From Camelus ferus (lineage: Eukaryota), in NCBI RefSeq assembly GCF_009834535.1, contig NC_045698.1, forward strand, positions 58,652,001 to 58,716,000: 64,000 bases of DNA. Reading direction: 5' to 3'. Below the pieces are notes generated by a model. That model had not been told where the DNA came from. It did not search any database and saw only the letters and a list, made by a program, of their open reading frames with translations. This document shows positions 1 to 12,952 of this stretch, piece by piece. A program made the position numbers and the translations under genes. Numbering within the stretch: position 1 is the first letter of the stretch; the number at the start of each line of letters is the position of its first letter.

Positions 1-189
1 TTTTGTACTGTTTCTTACTGTAAAATAAAAACAAAAGTTGGAAAAAATTATTGTGAAGGAATCATTTATAATTTTGTATCAATCACCTTTTATAATCAAA
101 AGTGTTTTGGTTTTCTCTTCTTGTTAGTTGTTTAAAGGCTATGGCCTTCAGTGACAGGTGGGAAAAGCCATGTGAGAAAATAAAATAGA

Positions 190-348
190 GCCTCAAGTTT
201 GAAAGAGAAGTAGCTGAGTTTGAATCCTCATGCTGCTGCCTTGGAAGAATCATGTAAATTCTCTGAACCTTATTTTGCTAACATGTGAGAAGAAAGAAGA
301 TGAAATCCCCAGTATAGCTCACAAAGTTCTTTGGAAACTAAATAAATG
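190..348 (+). mobile_element. MIR SINE fragment
   Basis: gagtttgaatcct...tctctgaaccttattttgctaacatgtgag...; decayed MIR core, approximate boundaries. Confidence 0.5.
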
Positions 349-789
349 TCTATTCAAATGAGCAAAACTTTTATTGTTTTTAATAATAAACAACTTGAAG
401 GCAGTCTTGCCTCCCAGAGAAAGGTGGACCAGGCTGTAACAAGAGCAGACAGGATTTCTTGTAAGGAATTAAGGAAAACGGTCTCTCCTGGGTGCTCAGG
501 CACCCAGTGTGGGACATTACCAACATCACCATATGTTCCTGAGGGCAAGCCTGGCCGAACTTGCCTTCTGCACAGTTGAACTGGAAGTCAGTGGGCACCT
601 ATGTAAGCACCTGTATAGATGTGCTGTTGTGGAGACCGTGGACCCAAGGCTTCACTGAATCAGAAGGCAGAAAGAAATGTAGCAGAGGTGTGCTCTTACA
701 ATGTAAACACAACTCTTGTGTTGCTATAAATCATGATATTTCAAGATATGTATTTGATTTTTTGTGTTTTAAAATTATTTAAAGTATTC

Positions 790-2100
790 TTGTTAATGTA
801 GAAAAAATAGAAGCAAATAACAAAATCTAAGAAGAAAAAATTACTCATAATCCTGCCACCATTAGCACTATTAGCCATATTTCCACTATTAGCGTTACTG
901 CTATTAGCATATAACCACCAGTAGCATTTTGGAGAATATTTTTTCTAGTTTATTTTCAATGTGTAGAGATGAAATATATGTATCTTTAAAGTGGGACCAT
1001 ATATATTTTTGCAAACTATCTTTAGTGTTGAGCAATATTATCATTAACATGTTACATATTGATCAATACAGGTGAACTCCATTGTTTGTAATGACTGAGC
1101 AGAATTCTATATACGTTTGATTTTTGTACCTTGCCTGTTCATATCCTTTACTCACTTTTCCTGCCTGATATATGTTCTTCTTTTTACCAACTTGTAATAT
1201 TTCTGTGCATAAAAGACATTGCAAATGTCTTAAAATACTTATTTAATTAGATTTTTCCACTTTTGCCTGGAGTTTTGATTGAAAGAATTTCTTCACATAT
1301 GTACCATATTTTCTACTAGTACTTTTAAATTTCATTATTTGTACTTATACTTAATCCACTTGGAAATTTAATTCTACTTTAAGGTGTGGATTAGGGCTCT
1401 AAATTTATTCTTGTGAAGTGGTTAACTGGATGCCACAACACTTTTTATCAAACGTGTATGTTTTCCTCACTGATTTTAAATGCCATTTTTATTTTACACT
1501 AAATTCTTATTTGTAGCTTTGTCTGTATCTAAACTTTTTGTTCTGTTTCATCAATTTCTCTGTTTTGGCACAAACTTCATACGGTTTTAATTTTTGAAAC
1601 TTTATAATTTGTTTGTTTAAAAGTTAATTAGTTACCTCCCTTTATAATTGCTCTTCTGTTTCAAATCTTTCCCATTATACCATGTTTATTTTTCTAGTTA
1701 ATTTTAAGATCATTTTATTGCATTCTAAATAAAAATAGTAAGGATTTGACAGTAGTTTCCTTAATACATAGGTCACTTTAGGGACAGTTGACTCTTTAGA
1801 AAACTTCCTCCCCTTCAAAACCATTGTGGTTGTCTCTATATAAGCATGTTGTTCTTGGTTTATTTGTTTTGGGGGTTTTGGGGGGGAGGAGGGAGGAAGG
1901 TAATTAGGTTTTTTAATTTATTTTTTAATGGAGGTACTGGGGATTGAACCCAGGACCTCCTGCATGCTAAGCACACACTCTACCACTAAGCTATACCCTC
2001 CTTCCCCAAGCATGTTGTTCTTAATATCTCTTAAGAAAATTTTGCTTACCACCTGCAAAATTGTTTTGAGATTTATGCTACTCTATTAGAGGTTTTATAC
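790..2100 (-). mobile_element. Ancient degraded L1 (L1ME/L1M-like) fragment, interrupted by the SINE
   Basis: T-rich stretch with decayed antisense L1 ORF2/3' motifs (e.g. ttaatccacttggaatttaattc, ttttcctcactgattttaaatgccatt). Recognised by eye; boundaries approximate. Confidence 0.6.
1857..2007 (-). mobile_element. Camelid-type tRNA-derived SINE (Vic-1-like), full length, with TSD
   Basis: Minus strand reads GGGGAAGGAGGGTATAGCTTAGTGGTAGAGTGTGTGCTTAGCATGCAGGAGGTCCTGGGTTCAATCCCCAGTACCTCC followed by an A-rich/C-rich tail. A box TAGCTTAGTGG, B box GGTTCAATCC. Perfect 15-bp TSD AAGCATGTTGTTCTT at 1842-1856 and 2008-2022, with a TT/AAGA L1-endonuclease-type site on the minus strand. Confidence 0.92.
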
Positions 2101-2191
2101 ACATATTATTTATTTATTCAATACATATTTATTAACACATTATGTCCAGACTCTGGGCTAAGTCTGATGCTTAAGAGATCAATGGCTAGAG

Positions 2192-2498
2192 CAACACTAT
2201 CCAACAAAAATACAATCTGAAGTACATCTCTAACTTTTAAATTATAGTAGCCACACTAAAAAAGTAAAAGAAACATTAAATCATTTTGAATAATAATTTT
2301 ATTTATCCAGGATATAAAAAAATAACCATTTCAACATGCAACCAATATAAAAATTATCAAGATATTTTATGTTCTTTTCTCAATACACATCTTCAGAAGT
2401 CAATATGTATTTTATGTGAGGCATATCTTAATTTGGACTGGCCACATTTCAAGCGCTCAAAAGCCATGCATAGCTAGTAGCTACCATACTGAACAGTG
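2192..2498 (+). mobile_element. MER33 (hAT-Charlie non-autonomous DNA transposon)
   Basis: Follows the MER33 consensus: ...gtagccacactaaaaaagtaaaagaaac...catttcaacatg...ggccacatttcaagcgctcaaaagccatgcatagctagtagctaccatactgaacagtg, with decayed terminal inverted repeats. Confidence 0.8.
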
Positions 2499-2959
2499 AA
2501 GGACCAGAGAATGTGATGGCATCAGAGTTTAGATCATACTGTTGGAGTTTGTCCAAGTAGAGTGACAGGTGGACATAAAAAGAGAGCTTGGAACAAAACA
2601 CAAAGAAAGAACTGAGAGTTAAGAAATACCAAAGAGAAGCCTAAAAAGGACTAAGAAATAATGGCTTAAGAAGTAGGACAAAAGGAGAGAGGATCTGCAA
2701 TTTGACAGATGAAAAAAGAGATTGTTTCAAGGAGGACTGTTGTTTCTAAATTAGAGAACTATGCTAGCTCATCAAGTTGCATCTTCAGTAAGTAGTTGGA
2801 TAACTCAAAAACTTACTGGCATGAAGAAGTCATTACTTGGCCAATAATTGTTTTAAATTGAGCATCTAACACATTAGATAGTCTGTTTAACAACTTTTAA
2901 CTAATTTCAAATATTTTGTTTTTACCTGCAGGCAAGTTCCTATCTAAGCATAAAACTTT

Positions 2960-3475
2960 CTGTTTCATTTTGTAATAGAATAGACACTTTTCATCCTCTA
3001 TTTTTCTCACATCTCACATCTAATACAACATAAATCTTGTAGTTTACAACTTTAAAAAGCTCTTCTCCCAAGTCATCTCCAGCTATCCTGGAATAAGCCA
3101 CCAGCACCTGTTGCTGATCCCCACCTCTGAGCTCCCTCCTTCACTCTGTTTGAGTCTCTGCCCAACTATCACTTTACCAAAAAGACCTTTTCTGGACGAA
3201 TAAAAGAGCAGCTCTCTTTCCTTTTTTTCTATGTATTTTTTTAATCCCTGATTAATTTTTCTTTACTTCTTATCATTTCCCTTCAATTGTCTTCTGTTCT
3301 CCTCTATTCTATTCTATTTGATTCCATTCTATTATTTCTCCTGCTGCTAAATCGTGAGTCTCAGGAGGGCACGGGCTTCTTTCTTTGTTCACTGCTGAAT
3401 CCTCAGAGCCAAGAACAGTGCTGGCACTTAGCAAGCGTGCAATATTTCTAACTAACTGACAAAATGAATAAACAT
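2960..3475 (+). mobile_element. L2 LINE fragment including the 3' end
   Basis: L2 3' terminus motif ttgttcactgctgaatcctcagagccaagaacagtgctggcact...aaatgaataaa at about 3385-3472. Confidence 0.65.
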
Positions 3476-3758
3476 ATGTCCAGATATGTTTAAAAAATCA
3501 CCCCAGGTCTTCTAAATCATTGCTGACATTAAAAGTAATGTTTCCAATTTTGAAGTCTTTCAGAAAGGGCTTTTTCTCCCCAAGAGAAGATTCAATTTCA
3601 TGCTTTGAAAGATTAAATGAATGGGAATTTGAATTATGAAGACAGGATTTTGGAATATTACAATTTTAAGAGATTTTTACTGATACAACTTTATTGTGAT
3701 AATTGAGAATAAAAATATTTCTCGAAAGGTCATATGGCATAGAAATGAAAAGATTAAC

Positions 3759-3945
3759 ACTTTGGAGACTTTAGCAAGATTTTCTGGTCTTGAGAGATCC
3801 ACTACTTCCTAGCTGTATAATTTTGCATACCCTTCTATGCCTGAATTTTCTCATCTGTAAAATAAGGTAAATAATTGTATCTAATTTATAAAACTCTTGA
3901 GGATTAAATGATTTAGATTATATAAAGGGCTTAAAATCATGCTCT
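3759..3945 (+). mobile_element. MIR SINE
   Basis: ccactacttcctagctgt...ttttctcatctgtaaaataagg...gaggattaaatga MIR core. Confidence 0.7.
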
Positions 3946-6124
3946 GAACATGGTATCTCTTAAGAATTTACTATTATTATTTGATAACAGTGTTATTGCT
4001 TCACAAGGAAGTAGGTGATCTTGGTTGATGGATTTTTGTTGTTTGTCATTTATTTTTCTCTGCATTGATTCTAAGGGAAAATCTCTCTCATAAGAGAATG
4101 CCAAGCAGTGTAAACTGTGTAGGCACAAAAAGAGGATAAGAGAATTGAGGCAATTTCTAGTTGTTTGCATAAACTTTCTATTTTTTCACTTGTGGAATTC
4201 AAAGTTTGGGGGCCCTCACATTGTGCAAATGAATTTCTTCTTATTTCTCCATTTCATTTTTCACACCAAGGCAGTTAAAGGGAGAATAAGGTGAATTAGG
4301 CAAAGGATGGCTGAATAGAATGACATTCTGAGAGGGAGTTTCTTGTCCAGAGAAAGTCTATTTAGAAGAAGAAGGAACTCCATCATTGAGACTGAGCGGA
4401 GACAGTCCAAGTGCACAAATTTGAGGCTTTAAAAAACTGACTTCATGCAAAAAGTCAGATCCTTCAATATTTGTCCTCCTCAGGTAAAACTGAGTCAAAT
4501 TATTCACCCATACTTTTTTTCCTAGAACACAACTCCAATGATCATTTTTTTTAGCCTTCCAAACTACTTGGAAATTTTGTATATTATATTTGATAAATTC
4601 ATTGGAATGATATAGTATTAACAGTTTTAACTGATATTGAGACACAAATTTTAATTGTTTGTGTCATTTGTGTTTACATGTATTTATCACCCTATTTGAC
4701 TGTAATCTTTATAAAATTAGCTCTTCACTTCCTTAGTAATTCCCCAGAGACCCATGAACATTGCTCAGGAAGCAAGATTACTGGCAGAGACATAACAATC
4801 AAACAGAATTATTAAAGACATTATGTTCTCTCTTCCAACTATTATTGTTTTTGAAAAATATAATCTGTTATTTAAGAGTAAATTTTACCAAGGAACAGAC
4901 TATTGTTCATATGTAAAACATGTGACATGATTTCTTGAACTTGGTGAACACAACTAAAAGTTGATTTCCCTTCTGCCATGACCAGAGGCATGTTTCTTAG
5001 CTGCTCCCTGCCTGAGTGTCTGAATCTAAAACTCAGGAACACTCAAGACTTGATACTGAATTTAACTTAGCAAAATATTTGCTTTAAGGATAGAAAATAC
5101 AAAAGAATCCTATGAAATTATTTTCCCTCAACTCCTCCCCAGGGTTTGCAATCTTGTCAGAGAGCAAGTCATCAGGAAACGGCATCTAGTGAAATGCTGA
5201 AACATGATAGAGCAGAGACCTCAGAGAAGGGGGTCATCACTTGGTTCTTCTTAGGAGACAGTGGGGCCTCAGCTGAACCCTACAAGGTATGCAGAGTTTG
5301 GAGAGGACGAGGGGGGAAAATACGTGAAGAATCTGGCTTTGGAAACTTCGTTTTTTTCCTCTTTGTCCAGGACACATTTACAGATGAACTATTAAACTGA
5401 GAAGGGGTCCTGTCCACCTTTCTAACCTTTGCTTCTCCCTCATCTACTCAAAGGTGACTCTGAGTCTTTATAAACAAAGTTCAAAATATCAGTCTGAGCT
5501 GAAAATCTCATGATATTGTATACAATTGTTTCTGTTTTTTAAAATACTTAAGGGTTTGTTTTGCAGGGAGAGAAGTATGATGCGGGAGGAGAAGTAAAAT
5601 ATATCCTCAGCATTTACTAAAACAGAATCTAGTATCTTTTATTTTGTCATTTACACCCCAGGGAAACACATTACGTACCACATTTGGACCTGCCCATTTC
5701 CTTTTTTTTTTGGTTAAAAAAAAATTAACGGAAAAAAATGTCCTTAGTTAAAGTCACCATATCAATGTAAGCTATAGTTTAAAATGAACTAAATAAAAAG
5801 CAATTGATTGTTCTCATTATCATTTGCAAAATATGTAATTGTGATTTTTCTAAAGAAGAATCTCCTACCACCACCGCCACCTCAAAATTATTTACAGAAC
5901 ATAATCTAGTGGGAAGCAATAGATTAAAGGCGATGAGGGAGGAGAGAAGATAATTCTTTTAGATTCCCAGCTTTATTTTATTTTCATATGTGTCATCCAG
6001 TAAAAAGCCTGCATCTTAACTTTAAAAGAAAGGTATTGATCCAGGATTTGGAGGGGTTTGAGAAAAAAAGACTGAGCTACAGAGATCTGGAGAAATTTAT
6101 AGCTAGAGCTGCTACTGAGTGAAA

Positions 6125-7039
6125 NNNNNNNNNNNNNNNNNNNNNNNNNNNNNNNNNNNNNNNNNNNNNNNNNNNNNNNNNNNNNNNNNNNNNNNNNNNN
6201 NNNNNNNNNNNNNNNNNNNNNNNNNNNNNNNNNNNNNNNNNNNNNNNNNNNNNNNNNNNNNNNNNNNNNNNNNNNNNNNNNNNNNNNNNNNNNNNNNNNN
6301 NNNNNNNNNNNNNNNNNNNNNNNNNNNNNNNNNNNNNNNNNNNNNNNNNNNNNNNNNNNNNNNNNNNNNNNNNNNNNNNNNNNNNNNNNNNNNNCACTGT
6401 NNNNNNNNNNNNNNNNNNNNNNNNNNNNNNNNNNNNNNNNNNNNNNNNNNNNNNNNNNNNNNNNNNNNNNNNNNNNNNNNNNNNNNNNNNNNNNNNNNNN
6501 NNNNNNNNNNNNNNNNNNNNNNNNNNNNNNNNNNNNNNNNNNNNNNNNNNNNNNNNNNNNNNNNNNNNNNNNNNNNNNNNNNNNNNNNNNNNNNNNNNNN
6601 NNNNNNNNNNNNNNNNNNNNNNNNNNNNNNNNNNNNNNNNNNNNNNNNNNNNNNNNNNNNNNNNNNNNNNNNNNNNNNNNNNNNNNNNNNNNNNNNNNNN
6701 NNNNNNNNNNNNNNNNNNNNNNNNNNNNNNNNNNNNNNNNNNNNNNNNNNNNNNNNNNNNNNNNNNNNNNNNNNNNNNNNNNNNNNNNNNNNNNNNNNNN
6801 NNNNNNNNNNNNNNNNNNNNNNNNNNNNNNNNNNNNNNNNNNNNNNNNNNNNNNNNNNNNNNNNNNNNNNNNNNNNNNNNNNNNNNNNNNNNNNNNNNNN
6901 NNNNNNNNNNNNNNNNNNNNNNNNNNNNNNNNNNNNNNNNNNNNNNNNNNNNNNNNNNNNNNNNNNNNNNNNNNNNNNNNNNNNNNNNNNNNNNNNNNNN
7001 NNNNNNNNNNNNNNNNNNNNNNNNNNNNNNNNNNNNNNN
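6125..7039. other. Assembly gap (N) with a 6-bp island CACTGT at 6395-6400
   Basis: Directly read. Confidence 0.98.
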
Positions 7040-10000
7040 GAGGAAAAATATTTACCTTTTTGCTGCTCTTTTTCTGCTTAGCATTAATTTGGGAAATCCT
7101 TAGATATGAGGATTTCTTAAATACAGTAAACAAAGTATAAATATACTGAATTATCATCTGATTTAGGAAAAGGGACTTACACAGTCGGTTTTTGTGGGTA
7201 AGGCAAATAATAAAAGGAAGGAGGAGTGGCTCATTCTGACGGCCTGGTCTCTGATTATTTGACCCCTGTGGTCCCCACACTGCTGTCATAAGATTGCACC
7301 ACTGGTATTTGTTGGTGAGAAACAAGGTAGTTTCTATTTTCGTCATAGTTTTGGCACAACGTCTAGCATGCTACAAACCCAAATAGACTATTTGTGTTGT
7401 TTCTTTAGAATAGCCAAGGCACTTAACTTTTTATTTCTAAAGGCTTATCCATTATCTTGTTTCCACATAGTCCAGATCTTTATTAAAAGTATTGCAGGAT
7501 GTCTTTTTCTTTAAGAATTTATTCATCAACTTATCACGTGAATGGGATCCAATGGAGCAAATCCCCCAGGCACCCGACCCTGCAGGGGGAGAGCTGAGGA
7601 CCTTTGTCCACTAACACTGTGTTGTCCTTGGCCACACTCTGGAGATTCCAACGCTGGTAGACATGTTCTCATGGTATAATCTTGTGAGTCTCCTCTCTGC
7701 TTCTTCCAGACTGCGGAGACCTGCTGAGTGGCCTAGCATTTTCAAAATTGTCTGTTCACCCAGATCTTGGAAAGTGAGGCAAGAGCTGGAAACAGGATTT
7801 GCTGTGCAGTGGAAACATCAGAATCACTTTTGAAACAAGATCATGTTGTTTGCCCTTAATAACTGATTTTGCTGTCCATACAGCCAAAATGTGATGGATA
7901 ATTACTAGTCAACTGATCTGTATTTGAATTAAGATTTAAGAGAATGTGTAATTGAAAGAACAATTAAAATGTTCTTCTCTAGCCTTATAAGAAAGGCCGT
8001 TCAAATAGACAAAATGAAGAAAATCTGCATTGGTATTACATAATTTTCACTTTAACATTTTAGGTGAAAATGTACTATTTGTTGATGAAGCATCTGAAAG
8101 GTAATGGTTATTTTTGCTATTTCATTGTTTTGCACAAAGCATTCAAGGGGGTCAGTTCCTGTAAGAACCCTCAGTCCACACCCTCATCATTGTTCTCAGC
8201 TTTCCCTAGAAACCACTCAACAATTGCTAAACTCCTTTCTGTGATAAACTAGGCAGTGACCCTTTTCTCAAGATGAAAATCGGCTGTAATGGTATTGGAT
8301 TTTTTCATCATCCCTATTTCTTAGTTTATTTTTATCTGTGCTTCTTAGAGTGATGAGCTCTTATTTATTCCCTAACTTCACTGGTTTCCAGTTGTGCATA
8401 TGGATATTAATAAATATTTGTTTCAAGAAAAAAAAAGCAAGTTAGTAATTGCTTTAACTTCTGTATTTCATTGTTTCCTAAGTTTTAAAAAATGACATAC
8501 GACTTCTAAATTCTACCTGGATGATAAGTGTACTATATAATGATTCTGACCCTCATTCTTAAAAAGTGGATGAGTACAAATTTTAATACAGTAATTTACC
8601 ATAATGTACAAGATCAACTTGGCTACATACCATTTCATCACCTTTAAATGTCCCTTTCCAGGCCCTCCTCTTGCCTTTACTCACTGTCTTACATGTTTCG
8701 CTTTCTTTATTTTCTCCAACACCCTGCATTCTTTCATATTTCTCTTTCCCGCTCCTTACCTCCTGTCTGTGTACTACTACTCCATTTGTAATCAACATAA
8801 AAGACTGCATTGATGAGAAGTCAGGTGATGCTGGGGCATGTTCAGCGCTGCCCAAATGTCTTGGAGACCCCTGCAAGTTTTTAGCATGTTTCCTTTATCT
8901 TGTATAAAACACGTAGGTGCCACGGCACTGAAGCCCCTCACACATAACTGTAGAGGTGAACACGGACAACTGATACGCACTGAAATAAAAGTTTTAAAAA
9001 CCCTATTTCTACTTCAAAGACACAAAATTGCTTGCTCATCATTAAAAACCAATTCTTAGTCCTACAGGAATAAAGAAATATCAGTGTGGTTATTTTATGA
9101 GCGAAGCCCTGATTATTTCATGCTGTGAGTGTGATTCTTCATCGGTCAGAAGGGGACATCTGGAGAGGTCTACTTTTCTTGGGCAAGTGTGCACTTGTCT
9201 CAGTCTCACTCATAAACCAAGAGACAGTCGCATACACTAGGCCTTAAATGTGTTCATTTCAAATCAAGCAGGAGGCCTGATTCACATACAAACTTTTCAG
9301 GATTAGCATTATCAAATCTTTATCATCGTATAAGTGGATTGACTCATTTTTAGACTCTGGTTCAGTATTACAGAGTTTCAAAGATTTTGTTAAATATACT
9401 GTTTTCTCACTTTTATGTTAAGATGTACACCTTTCCTAGTTTTAGTCCCTTGCATAAATAAAAATGTAAACTTTACATCAGGAGTTCATTTTTTTCACCT
9501 GAAAATAGACATTTTCTTTGTATCTCAGACTCACTCAAAAAATAGCAGCGTTTCTTCTTTGAAAGGAGAATAAGGCAGCAAACTGATTATTTGTTGTGAT
9601 TAGGCTTATTGAAACAGAAACAGAAAGCCAGGATTTATTTCCTAGATCTGTCATTCGGTGATTAAAAGGGGAGGGTTTCTTTTCGTCTGACTTTCCTCAT
9701 TTGCAAGATGACATCTTCTGATCTTCATAAGCACGTTTGACACAGTAAAACAAGTCAGGAGTTCCAAATTCGTTTTGATGAGGAGCAGTGAGTGACTTTC
9801 CTTATGGGATTTGACTGCTGCTTTAGGTGGGACCTATACTCAGCCGGCCATGCCATTTCTGAGGTAGGGAATGACAGGGCAGGTCGATGGCCAAGAGATT
9901 TGAGGCAAAAGCTGCTGACTTGGATAAGACATTCATCAACATAAGGCTTTGAGAGCTAATAATGCATTGTGATCAATCTGCAAAGAACACCTAATTGTTG

Positions 10001-12687
10001 ATGTATCAGAAAGAAGTTCTGGTAGAAAGCATTGCCTGTGCTGATTTGCCCTTTATACCTCTTCTTCATCTCTAAGTGAAAAATAAAGATCCTTTTGTCT
10101 TCAGTTTAAACCCACCCCCTTTCTTGGGATGGCATGAGCATTGGCATGATAAAGTGTGGGAAGCATGTGTGTTATTTGAAAGGTAATACATTTCCTGATG
10201 TCACATGCATCTCGTTACAATGGCATTCTTTCCATTCTGATAAAATTATACCGATATTAAATTTCATTCACAAACTTGTCACCTACACTTAATGTGACCC
10301 TGAAATCCTGCCATCAATTTTATTTTCCTTTCAGTCTACTTTTAAAGAGTTAATAGAAAAAAAAAAAACTTTAGATCTCAGAATTACTGGATTGTTTCTT
10401 TATCTGGCAAAGATGAAACACTTTCACCTCAAGCTAACCTCAAATTTCTATTTTTCTGGTCTTCAAAATGCCACCTGTCATTTTCTCACTGTACCACTGC
10501 TCCGTGTCACCCATGATGACATCAAACCACGTGCCAATATGAACTTACCCTCGTCCAGTCGGCTCAATAGGATGATGCCCTTCACCATTCAAATGAAATC
10601 TGAACCCTGTGTCACTGCTCCTAAGCGGCTATTCATCTGTTTTTTCATGTTGTCATGTCACCATGCTGTGGCTTTTTCTAATGTCCTTATCACCATCATT
10701 AATTTTACCTTCTGATGTAGTAGTACTGAATGATATGATTTAGAACTTAATCAAATGAGTTTTTAAAATGTTAGATAAACTAGTAAATCAATTTTTATAA
10801 GAGTCAGCAGTCTAGAGTTCTGAAGGTAGACTTAATTTACCTCCTTGGCCTGATTTCATCTCAGGTGAACTGAATGGCATCAAACAATACAGTAAACAAT
10901 GCAGTCATGCATAATACATAGCCGTTGAATTCAATTTTAGTGGTTCTCCTAATGGTGTCCAGATGAGGACAGGGTGGGAGTGAAAGTGTTGATAGGTGTT
11001 TTGAGGCATATCCTTGACTTTGAAATTTCACTTTCTTACTTTAACTTTTATGCTTGAGAATAAAATTTATCTCTATGAGCACAAATCCATTGGAGGAGGG
11101 TGATTGATTTTCACTGCTTGGAATGCCAATGTTTAAAAAAATATATTCAGTTGAAGACTGGATAGGCTAACATAATAAAGAATATTAATAAATAATTGGG
11201 TCCAGTTTTTTGTCTTTAGGCAGGTAATTGGCCAAACTCCCTAATATAGATATTTAAAACTATCAAATATATTTGTCTTCCCAGTGGAGAAAAAGTATTT
11301 TGCCCAACCTACTCACTGAGATGCCAATTTAAGGGACTAAGACAAGTTCCAGATATTACCCAAATGTGTGTCTGCAATGGTGATTTGAATTCTGTAACTA
11401 GGTACTAGTAAATTCCAGGGTACTAAATAGAATTTAGCCTATTATAAAACATCATACTTTTGAATAGGTTTGGGCATGACTGGTTGTTACTAATCAATTC
11501 AGGAGACTCAAATATAAGCTCTCCATATCATCCCAAAGAACCTGTGTGAACATTTGTAGGACCTACTGCCAAGGAATTGACCATCAAGATAATTTTCAGT
11601 GGCCTGAGAGGGTGGAAGAAGAAATAACTTATCTCTGCCTCCCCTTCTCACTACCTCATCCCCCAGGTGATGGAGCCTAAGTGGAATTTCTAAGCTTTAA
11701 AAAGTACTTTTCCTTTTTTAATTTTGAAGTGTCTAGGTAAAGAGACTAAATTCAAGTAGGAGCACACATTGTGGGTGAAAATGGAGAAGAGCAACTAACA
11801 AACTTTGCAGTAAACAAGGTAGGTTACCAGTACTCTTTTAGTGACCAAAAAATGGCAGCTGTACTTGTAAGAATGAAGTGCCGGCAAGATCAAATACAGG
11901 AATTTTCTGAACTTCCCTGAAGCTCATTGACCTCAATTCCCTGTGACTCAGCCCCCAGGAATAAAGGTTTCAGTAGCTTCTAGACTTACAATTCCAATAT
12001 TATTCTGCAGTGTCAAACTCAAACAATTGTCAGGTTTCATTAAGGAACACGCTGGTGATGAAAATAATAACAAAACAGATTCAGACTAATGGTACATCTG
12101 CACTGGAATTTTCCTGGCACGTCTGCTTTCTGCAATTAAAGAAAGAATACCTAGCATACATATAGCACAGGAGGAAAGTCTGTGTTTAAGATTTAAATGT
12201 GGAAGAAGATCCAGATCCTGGTATCACTTTGATAATCATATACAAGAAGTATTTATATTCATCAGAAAGACGAAGTCTTATTGGATGTAGGATCAAAGTT
12301 TACAAAATCATGAGAAAGTTCTACTTAAATAACAGATTATCTCATTAAATCATACTAGAAAGACTGAATATCCATGTAAACTTGAAAAACTTAATTTTAG
12401 CATAGGACAGTACACCAGGAAGTACTTTATTACCTAACAAATCCAACACAATGGTTAATTCTGTGGTGAATATGAAAGTATAATCCAGGATTCACACTGC
12501 CCAAGGAGTTACAATCGAGTTGAGAGGCAAAACTACAATGAAAAATACAAAAGAGTGTATAAATAAGTGTTAAGTTGTGCAGTACCAACTACAAATGTGC
12601 TGGTTTACCATTTTTTACTAGGAGAGGTATAATATGGTCTCTGAAAGAATGAAAATCCAAACAGGATTAGAAATTAGATTAGATTAG

Positions 12688-12952
12688 GGTGTCCCAAAGT
12701 ATGTAACTCAAGACACTAATCATAGAGAATACTCTTTAACATGCAGCTTTTGAGGTCAAAAACATTGAATATTACATCCCCGCTATTGGGTATTAACAAT
12801 GTATCTCAGCATAATGAAGGCTCTAAGAAGTCATGCAGAAAAGTAATCCTTATAATTTTGTTTAATCCCGTATTCTCCAAATTTAATTAACCAAAGGACC
12901 CTAAATGTCGCTTAGCATTTGTGTTTCTCTAAACACACGTTAGAAAATGCTG
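12688..12952. mobile_element. hAT-Charlie non-autonomous element (MER5C/Charlie-like, subfamily uncertain)
   Basis: Ends resemble MER5-family TIRs (gtgtcccaaagt... / ...ttagaaaatgctg); internal aaggctctaagaagtcatgcag motif. Confidence 0.5.

Noticed and set aside
1925-2005. tRNA-like sequence with A and B boxes
   Set aside because: It is the head of a SINE with a tail and TSD, not a tRNA gene.
6395-6400. CACTGT island resembling an RSS heptamer (camelid Ig/TCR idea)
   Set aside because: Only 6 bp inside a gap, with no nonamer and no V, D, J or C segments anywhere in the window.
5973-7346. Long ORFs in the track (457, 320 and 106 aa here; also those at 25450-25896, 36390-36896 and 54595-54963)
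   Set aside because: They are open only because they run through N gaps (X residues).
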